From the NCBI GenBank assembly GCA_951406725.2, contig OX597819.1:54870001-54934000 (forward strand): 64,000 bases of DNA, written 5' to 3'. The notes beneath the pieces were generated by a model, which made no database searches, was not told where the DNA came from, and was given only the letters and a program-made list of their open reading frames with translations. Positions 54,353 through 64,000 of the stretch are shown here, in pieces; the stretch's first letter is position 1, and every line of letters begins with the position of its first letter. Position numbers and translations under genes: made by a program. The stretch comes from Octopus vulgaris (Eukaryota).

Positions 54353-55566
54353 CTATTGATATTACTTCATTCATTAAACAAATCATTGCATTTTAGTTAT
54401 GATTGTCTTATTTGTTCTCTCCTATCTCTCTTATCTGTCTGTCTGTCTGCCTGTCATCTACATGTGTGTGTGTGTGTGTGGTCTCTCTTGCATATTTGTA
54501 TCCATATTCACTTCATGTTGAGATTAGTGAACTAATTTAACTGTGACTGCTTGACACTGAGCCAATATCTACTTTCCTCCTCCTCCTTCTCACTAATCTG
54601 CAAATTTGTTTACAAGTTTAGAAAGATAACAAAAAAAAAAAACACCTATCAAACAAAGTAACAAAAGGTAAAAAGAAAGACAGAAAAAAATGTCTTTGCT
54701 TGTACATTATTTTAACATACAAAACATATTTACTTCTCTGTTCAAACATGCAATGTGCTGGAGACTGTATCCATCATTGTGGGTGGTCACAAACACATAC
54801 ACAACCATTCAAAACCTCTACAGTCAATGCTAACCTATGTTAGTCTTAATATACTCTTTCACTATGCACAGAATATATTTATATTATAATATTAATTCCA
54901 CATATCTTATAATTTAGTATTTTCTGACATCAGTAACATAGAACATTCCAGTCTGCAACTGGAAGCGTCACTAACCAAACAAACTCAGATGGCTGCAGAA
55001 GATAAATGCCATTCTTCTCTTCTACACATTATCCCTGACAATACAGTAGCATCTTTAAACTATAGCAGCAGGCACACGTCTTCATGTGAAAGACAAATTA
55101 TGATTGTAATTCCATTAATCTCCAATCTGTTAATCTCCATATCAAAATCATGAATACAGGATTTAAATGACCAGACTTAGTTTAGATTAGCTGTTAAGCA
55201 GTTTTTATTTTTTTTTAAACATACCTCAGTTTACCTGCTGTGTGTAATCAATAGCAATTTCGCAATTGTCAGTTTTTAAAATTTTTTTACTATACCTACT
55301 GTAGTTGACTGATGCCTTATAAGAGACAATTGTTTGGTGGAAACTGTGCAGAAGCTTGTTTATGTATGTGTGAGAGAGAGTGTTTATGTTTGCTGGTGTA
55401 AAATTGGTGTTATCGCAAATTGCAGTGTAGTTGTTTGATAAATTTAGATCACTAAAAATAAGTATGAAAATGTAATAGATACTGGATTTAATAATGACTA
55501 AAATCTTTCAAAGTCATTGTTCAACATGGCTGCAGTTCAATAACTAAAACCCACTTGTAGAATATA

Positions 55567-55826
55567 AAATAAATAAATGCGCTCTTTTAAAGCCTAGTCA
55601 GGCTCATGGGCCCGGTTTCCCGGTTTCAATGGCGTATGTGTGCCCAAGCTGGATGGTATGCCGGTCCATCGCAGCGTTACTCATTTTTGTCAGCTGAGTG
55701 GACTGGAGCAATGTGAAATGAAGTGTTTTGCTCAAGAACACGACGCATCGCCTGGTCCGTGAATCGAAACCACAATCTTACGATTTGGATGCTGACACCC
55801 TAATCACTAATCCACACGCCTCCACA
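55567..55826 (-). mobile_element. SINE family D, full length
   Basis: tRNA-like head, GGTTTCGATTC B-box, (TTTA)n tail. Confidence 0.8.
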
Positions 55827-56589
55827 TACTTGTAGAATATATTAGAGTTCAAATTGTTGATGGTTTAACCCAGCCATATCTGGTCAAAAATTTTCCTTTT
55901 TTTTTCTTTTCAATCCAACCAGATCCTACCTCTCACATCCATCCTACATTGTAATTTAAAAAATTAGCAATCACACCATTAAAAATCTGAAACCTATAAG
56001 ATAATGCATGATTAATTCAAAACAGTGTGAATAAATAAGCATTACATTTAACAGAATAATCTGAATGCTTGAAGAGTTAAAGAAAATCTCTTTGCCCTGA
56101 TGGTTGATTCAGTTAATGCCTTCTTTCATCTGCTGAGTCTTCATATTCTTGCAGAAAAAAAAAAAAACATAGCTTATTTTTATTCCCACACGTTGCAGCT
56201 GCAGTTAAAACCTGAATTGCATTGAAAGAATTAAGACTTTATTGTTTGTAATATGCTACTAATGAATCTGAAGACTAAATCCTCAATCACATGATAATAC
56301 TTATATTTCTTAAATGAAGTTTCTTTATGGACTTGAAAGGATGATGTCCAATTCTAGGACACTTCCATGATGGAACTTGTCTTTATAGTTTTTAAGCAAT
56401 CTTGATGGAACATTTAAAAATTTGGGTGTTTGGGGACTACTTTTATCAGATAGAGATTTTTCACATGAAAATATAAGTTTTGTGACTTTGAAAATGAAAG
56501 CCCAACGTAATATCTTTGAATTTTAATTATTAACATTTTTTCTCCAAATTACAATTGAATAGACTAAGAGAGAACATAATGTCTTATCT

Positions 56590-57130
56590 GTCATTGATGG
56601 CTCGTTGGATGTTATTGATAACCTCTGTTATGTATATAGGTGGTCAAATTAATGCTGGAGGTAGTTGTAGTGAAAGTCTAGAAAGGGGTGGAAAAAGTGC
56701 CAAGAATAGTTATTTTTACTATCAACAATGTTTATCTGTGAGTGTACAAGAGAATGAATAGATGAGATATGATGTTTTCTGATAATGAGATTAGGACAGC
56801 GAATAGAAAGGAAAGTGAGTTGAGAGGGATTCATTGAATGTGCAACGTTGATTTATATGAGAGAAAGAGTACAAATGGAAGGAGAGACGGAGAAAGTGTG
56901 ACTGGGCATTTGAGGCATGAGGCTATACCAGTTTCACTTTCTTGGACATGTGACATTAATAGCTTACAACTCTACAAAAATGTGCTGACCAGTAACATTA
57001 AGATACTCATGAAAGGAATATTGAAGAACCAGGGAAAACCCAGACAAAAGTAACAAGGTTCTTCAGACACAGGACTGAAAGCAGAAGTGGATATACCATA
57101 CTAAACTGTAACAGAATAACAGCCATTTAA
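56590..57130 (+). pseudogene. Degraded RTE-type LINE ORF remnant
   Basis: LDVIDNLCY/IGGQINAGGSCSES and GKPRQK fragments in different frames. Confidence 0.4.
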
Positions 57131-57559
57131 ACATTTATGATTATTGCTCTTTTATGTAATTCCCTCATATATACAGTCCTTCTGATGACTGTATAAACCT
57201 CCAAACTGTTAAGTTTCTACTTTCATCCATGAAAGCTCATGACCTAATGTTTATAGTGTTCAAGCTCATCATTTTAAGGTTGTGGGTTCAATTCCTGGAC
57301 CAGGCAGTGCATTGTGTACTTGAGCAAGATATTTCATTTTATGTTGTTCCAGTCTCCTCATCTTTAAAAAGTACCAACCAGGTGCTGGTACAGGCCCTCC
57401 ACCCTCCAGCAGTCACATCAGGATATTCCACTAAATCAAGAGGGAGGGGACCAAGAGGGTTTCTATGTCTGCTTGCAACTACATGGGTACCTGAAACAAC
57501 TACATAGACACCTTAAAGTAAAACAATTAGCAAAAGTATGTTACATCTTACCACACTGT

Positions 57560-57778
57560 GGCGCAATGGCCTAGTGGTTAGGGCAGCGGACTCGCGGTCG
57601 CAGGATCGCGGTTTCGATTCTCAGACCGGGCGTTGTGTGTGTTTATTGAGCGAAAACACCTAAAAGCTCTACGAGGCTCCGGCAGGGGGTGGTGATCCCT
57701 GCTGTACTCTTTCACCACAATGGCGGTGCCCCAGCATGGCCACAGCTCAAGAGCTGAAACTGGAAAAACAAAAACAAA
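57560..57778 (+). mobile_element. Young SINE with a family C-like head and family A-like tail
   Basis: TGGCCTAGTGG/GGTTTCGATTC head, GGCGGTGCCCCAGCATGGCCACAG tail, possible ACTGT TSD. Confidence 0.8.
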
Positions 57779-58579
57779 ACTGTACTCTCTCATGTGTGAT
57801 GGCTGGCTGTACTTTGTACCATTTTCATCCATATAATAATTTCTGTTATCTAGAATTAATTATACAATTAGTAATCATTGTAATCATTAATGTCATAAGT
57901 TAGTCAACATTATCAACTACATAGTTTTACTACAACATCTAATTAAAGAAATAACTAGGTTGAAGTGGGACTAACATTAAACTGGGTATGACATTAAAAC
58001 TGTATCCAGTGGTGAGGCTTCTGTTTGGGAATTCTTCAGTTGTGGGGAGCATGGAGTGACCTCTTAATTACCATTACTCTCAGATCTGTACTGATCTAGA
58101 ACAGTTGTGCCTATCAGGGTCCTGTCTATGGGTAAATAGATTTTTGTAAGAGTAGATTGAGCTCCTTAGTTGCCGTGAAAGCAATCAATTTAGGAGGAAA
58201 ACTCCAAACTTGATACCGTCTTCCAACATGTCATAATGCAGTACAGAAGAAACTAACATGAGGTACGTCTAATAACATAGATTCATCCTATAGAGGCAAG
58301 TCTCTCATGTCCGTATGCATTCTGCTGAAGGCGGAGATAATGGGAAATGATGATGTCACTGACCAGGTACATGAATGTGTGCAGAAAAGTTTGACACCTC
58401 AAGAAGTAAATGAAAGGTGAAGTGAAACACTTTTGTGTGTTTTTAAAATGGCTAAAATAGTTGTTCCATGATGTAAATGCTTCAGTTTTGTTTTCTCCCC
58501 CACCTCACCCACTAATCACCTCGAAATTAAATCACTTACTATATATATATATATATAATTGTATGTATATATATGTATA

Positions 58580-58646
<67 letters not shown>

Positions 58647-58649
<3 letters not shown>

Positions 58650-58926
58650 TGTTCCTTCTCGAGCCATGCCTGCCTCATAAAGGCTTGTTTCCTGGGCATA
58701 TAGGTTCCCCACCTGGATGGGACGCTGGTCCGTCGCAGGTGAGATGCAAGAGGAAAGAGTGAGAGAAAGTTGTGGCGAAAGAGTCAGAAGTTTACCATTA
58801 CCTTCTGCCGGAGCCGCGCGGAGCTCAGGTGTTTCATTCATAAACACACACATCACCCGGCCTGAGATTTGAACCTGCAATCCCTTGACTGCGAGTCCGC
58901 TGCTCTAACCACTAGGCCATGTGCCC
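58647..58926 (-). mobile_element. SINE family C
   Basis: Matches 6308-6602. Confidence 0.85.
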
Positions 58927-60249
58927 CCCCCCCACACACACACAGCTCTTAAATTGTTGTCTTAATACGAAACTTCCTACATGGATTAAAGCTATTCATT
59001 TAATGATTTAAAAGGTTTTACTTGTTGTTTAACTCCCAGGCCAACTAGGATCAAGCAAACCTATAAATCTAATTGAAAGCATTTAAGCCATGACCATTTT
59101 GTCATTTGAACTAGATATATAATGTGTCCTTCCTTTTTTTTTTTATCCTTATGACACTAACGGACCTGAGACCATCTTTGGCTCCTTATTTTCAAATGAT
59201 CTATAGTAAAACCTATGATTGAAAAATTCATGTTCGTTTCTGTTTCAAACACCAGCTTAATAATAACAAAATGCTATTTTACTTAATTTGTCATTATTTT
59301 CAAAATTAATTAAAATGAAGGAAGTGTATTTCAACACAAATTTATTAACAAAAGTGTTATTGTTATGTGATTTGAGGGGAAAATTATTTGCCATTTCAAG
59401 CAGGCTAAACAACTATGTAAAGGCTGTCTTTTTAACTCAAGGCCTTTTGGTTTAAGTGAGAACTGTTTAAGTTTCAACAATTGTTTGCTTGTTAATCTAT
59501 CCTTGACATTATTTCACCAGTAGTAATTGATATCTGTATTTAATTTCTCATGAAAGTATTCAATTAGTGGAATATAGTTTTGAGGCCAAAAGCTACCTAT
59601 TGTTTTCTGTGAATGAAAAATTCTGAAATCTGAAGACACTTCAGATTTTTTGCAAGGTCTAGATTGCTATATAATTGTTTTAAATACCCACTTCACCCCA
59701 TTTGAATTATAAATGTATTTCAATTTCTTTTTAAATATATGTTTTGGCATGGCTGTATGATAAAGAAACTTGTTTCCCAACAATCCCATGACATGGCACC
59801 TTTGGTAAGTGTCTATTATAACCCCAGGTTGACCAAAACCTTGTGAATTCATTTCCTAGATAGTAATCATCATCATCATCATCGTTTAACGTCCGCTTTC
59901 CTTGCTAGCATGGGTTGGATGATATGACTGAGGACTGGCAATCCAGATGGTTGCACCAGGTTCCAATCTGATCTGGTAGTTTCTACAGCTGGATGCCCTT
60001 CCTAACACCAACCACTCCGAGAGTGTAGTGGATGCTTTTATGTGCCACCGGCACAAGGGCCAGTCAGGCGGTACTGGCAACGGTCACACTCAGATGGTGT
60101 TTTTTATATGCCACCTGCACAGGAGCCAGTCTGGTGGCACTGGCAACGACTTTGCTCAAATATTTTTTCATGTACCACAGCACAAGTACCAGTAAGGCGA
60201 TGCTGGTAACGATCACGCTCGAATGTTGCTTATATATATATATTTTGCT

Positions 60250-60859
60250 TCTTACCTGCATGGTTCTGAATTCAGTCCTACTGTGTAGCTCTGCATAGTG
60301 CCTTCTACTACAGCTATAGACTGACCAAAGCCTTGTGAATGGACCCATGTGGTAGAAGGAAACTGGAAGAAACTCCTATGTATGTGTGTTTATCTTACCC
60401 CACTGCTTGACAACCAGTGTTGCTTTGTTTACATCCCTGTAACTTGGCAGTTCAGCAAAAAGAAACTGATAGAATAAGTGCCAAACTTTAAAATATGTAC
60501 TGGGGTGATTTGTTCAACTGAATCCTTTAAGGCAGTGCTCCAGTATGGCTGTAGTCTGACTGAAAGAAGTAAAAGACAAAATATATGTATGTATGTATGT
60601 AGTTATATATATATATATATATATATATATTCTTTTACTTGTTTCAGTCATATGACTGTGGCCATGCTGAAGCGCCACCTTTAATCAAACAAATTGACTC
60701 CAGGACTTATTCTTTGTAAGCCGAGTACTTATTATATTGGACTCTTTGGCCGATCCACTAAGTTACCGGGATGTAGACACACCAACTTCAGTTGTCAAAT
60801 GATGGTGGTGGGGGGAACAAACACAGATACACACACACAAATATAAACATATACATATA

Positions 60860-60900
<41 letters not shown>
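60250..60900. mobile_element. Tail-to-tail pair of SINE A-related copies (+ 60250-60580, - 60631-60900)
   Basis: Family A 3' halves in opposite orientation, separated by (TA)n. Confidence 0.7.
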
Positions 60901-60911
<11 letters not shown>

Positions 60912-60917
<6 letters not shown>

Positions 60918-61297
60918 GGACCAAAATGATCTGACGCATTTGGAGGCTTAATAAAAGCACAAAATAAGAAATAATGAATGTACATATAATGCCATTTTAT
61001 TTCATTAAGTTTAAAAAATTAAATCGGCTAAATGCTTCCCATCATTGTCAACACACTGTTGGGGACGTTCATGAAATTTATTGATAACTCTATGGATCAT
61101 TTCTTCTGGAATGGTGAATTGTGATTTCTTCCTGTGGGGATATTTAAAATCAAAAGTATTCAGTCATCGCCCTCGATCCTTGATGAAGTAAAACGTGCAA
61201 TTTGTGTAGAAATAACAACCATTCCAGAAGAAATGATCCATAGAGTTATCGATAACTTTCATGACCGTCTCCAACAGTGTGTTGACAATGATGGGGA
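60912..61297 (+). mobile_element. Tc1/mariner-superfamily remnant with fold-back of its transposase 3' end
   Basis: 61120 onward gives CDFFLWGYLKSKVF..(frameshift)..IPEEMIHRVIDNFHDRLQQCVDNDG; 61038-61115 is an inverted copy of 61218-61295; left end abuts (TA)n. Confidence 0.8.
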
Positions 61298-63106
61298 AAA
61301 TTAATTTGCTTAGAAACAGTTGAATGTTGGTGACAGGAAAGGTCTCCAGCCATTGAAAATCAGTCTCAACAATTCCATCTAACCCATGCAAATGAAAAAT
61401 TTGACTTTAAAACCATGGTGATGATGATAATAATGACACAAGGTATATTCTCTTTTGGTAGTGAAATTCTTACATTGAGGAGTAGTAAGGAAACCCAGCA
61501 GTTATAAAAATTGACCTTTCAATAGGAAATAATTTGAGAATTTCATCAGAAATGTCTTGAATATTTAGACAAAATTTCTTAAATCTATGTTGATGGATTT
61601 ATTACTGATTTGTTTAGTCCCATGACAATTTTTTCTTTATGAAAGACTAGAAAAAAAGGAAAAAATATACAATGGTTTTCTTATATTGGGAATCCCTGGG
61701 TCATGGAATGAATTTCAAGGATTTCTCCAAGAGCAGAAAGGACAAGAAAAGCTGCTTTATGTTGTTACTGAATTTACTAGAAATAGCAGTCAAATGTCCT
61801 CAAATCATAAAATTCAAGAGGGCACTTTGCATTTGCGTTTCTAGATACATACATAATGCAATTGCTTTCAGTCATGTATCTAACTTGTAGTTAATCAACA
61901 ACAGACAAGTGATTAAATATTCATGAAATATGCCAGAAATAGTGGCCAGCTGTCCTTCAAATCACACCTTAATATGTGTATATCTGGCATGTATGCTGTG
62001 CATAAATAAATAGGCAGATATTTTGTACTACAACACTGAGTCAACCAATACTGTTTGAGTACTATTTAGATTCGGTAAATGAAAGTTGTATGGAAGCCCA
62101 TCTGATATATATATATATATATATATATAGTGTGGATGCCTGTATGTCTATGAATATTTGCACTTGACATAGAATGTGCTGAACCTCATGAATGGTGATG
62201 TCTGTTGGCATTTCCTCTCAAATAATCAGCCAGCTTTGTTATTTTGAAGAAGGACAATGAGAAAACCCTCACCTGAAAAGCAGTTATGTGCTAGCAACAT
62301 GAAGGGCATCTAGCTATAAAACAATACTTCAATAGTATGTATTCATCTAACCCATGCTATGGAAAAATGGACATAATGAATGATACAGCAGGTTTCCACA
62401 AAATTTACGCCTACCAAATTCCCGCTCACAAGGGATTAGTCAGCACAAGACCATGGTAGGAAATGCTTGTCTTAGACTGTGTAGGGAGACTGAATCAGGA
62501 ACCACACAAATGCCAAGCAAAGCTTTTTAGAATTAAGGAGGGTTCTAAGAAATGTCTAAATATTGAAAGCAGTGGTTTGTTTGTATGTGTAGCAATTGTC
62601 ACTTCAATAATCAGATTGTGGTAGTGTTGTCTTTGAGTCACTGTTATGATTCATTGATTTGATACAAAAACAGGTCATGTATTGAGAGAGAGAGATTAAT
62701 GATAAAAGCTTTTGGAGGAGAAGACGACACATAGCTGTGAACAACCTTGCATATTTGATGTTAAACCAATAAAAATGATTAAAAGTTTGTGTTTGTACCA
62801 GAATGTGGTACTGTAGATGATGTGTACTTGGCATAGAATCGACAGCTTTGCTTTTTATTGACTGATAAAAAGACTTTCCTACAATGTTAGATTTTATGAG
62901 GTGGGTAAAGGTGAATGATATGTGAAAACAGTTGAGACCCTGTGAAAATGTATGATCAGAATCAGCATTACATATAGAAGGGATTAAGCCTTCAAGTAGA
63001 TAGATCTATACCAAGCTCCCTTTTTTACCCTTTTTCCTTATGGCCTTTTATAAACATTGATCGGTTTCTGAATTGGTCGGTAGGTGCTTGTGTAATATTA
63101 CCATTT

Positions 63107-63496
63107 TACTCTTTTACTTGTTTCAGTCATTTGACTGTGGCCATGCTGGAGCACCACCTTTAGTCAAGCAATTCAATCCCAGGACTTATTCTTTGTAAGC
63201 CTAGTACTTATTCTATCATTCTCTTTTGTTGAACCGCTAAGCTACAGGGACGTAGGCACACCATCAGTTGTCAAGCGATGTTGGGGGGACAAACACAGAT
63301 ACGCAAACATATACACATACATACATATATACAACAGGCTTCTTTCAGTTCCCGTCTACCAAATTCACTCACAAGGCTTTGGTCGGCATGAGGCTATAGT
63401 AGAAGACACTTGCCCAAGGTGGCATGCAGTGGGACTGAACTTGGAACCATGTGGTTGGTAAGCAAGCTACTTACCACACAACCACTCCTACACCTA
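63107..63496 (-). mobile_element. SINE family A
   Basis: Full length, partly CpG-decayed. Confidence 0.9.
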
Positions 63497-64000
63497 TTTT
63501 GTCCACATCTTAGAATTAACTAAAAAAAAACAATGAAGAAATTTGCCATCCAAAAGAATTAGCTTGAGTTAGGGATTGGTCTGAAGATAAACAACAGAAA
63601 TTATGTTTGCAAGGACATTATGTAAATCCTAGTGAAATCCCAGAAAAGGCTTTATTTAATATATATGGAAGAAATAACTGATTAACTGAAAGTTGCTTAC
63701 CAACACACACACCAGCTACTGGATCACATATATGTACTTATCTCTTCACTCTATTTTATAGTGTTTCGTGCCATCTCTACTTAGGCTCTCCAGAATCCTT
63801 CTTATCATATTCTGTCTTCTCATCCAAGTTTTTGCACAAATCACTGCACCTAATCTTTTTGTTCCAGTATACTAATCTTTGTGGTATTCCATACTTGCCT
63901 ATATTTTACGTGCAGCTGTTCAAGAGGCACATTAAATGTGTTAATCTTGTCAGTCTCGGAGGTCCTGTTATGGCTGTGACACTCTTGCTGAGCAAACCAT

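Larger units (their letters stand above)
32311..64000 (+). other. Fascin intron (>31.6 kb, continues past the window)
   Basis: GT donor; no downstream GxDxSANQ-type fascin exon found by eye. Confidence 0.75.

Noticed and set aside
60040-60230. ~65-bp repeats as a CRISPR-like array
   Set aside because: Degenerate tandem units inside a SINE, with no unique spacers, in eukaryotic DNA.

Overview
AT-rich, microsatellite- and SINE-saturated animal DNA; the repeat families and composition look like a coleoid cephalopod (octopus-like) genome, which is an inference. There is one real host gene: the first coding exon of fascin (singed/FSCN, 31467-32310, +), followed by an intron that runs past the window end (>31.6 kb). 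All other ORF-track entries are microsatellite or repeat artefacts, or LINE/transposase remnants (R4/Dong-like, RTE, mariner/Tc1). Repeats include at least five tRNA-type SINE families, a Helitron, Merlin-like, hAT-like and piggyBac-like MITEs, and several fold-back structures. Most notable is a set of hammerhead-ribozyme (HHR) motifs in short non-coding Penelope/retrozyme-like elements. One is a variant with a swapped G3-C8 core pair, present on both strands of a 226-bp palindrome (975-1200). Another is a long-stem-II HHR in sense inside fascin intron 1 (42569-42669). The fascin PKC-site serine (human Ser39) is Gly here. All calls were made by eye; no database search or folding program was run.
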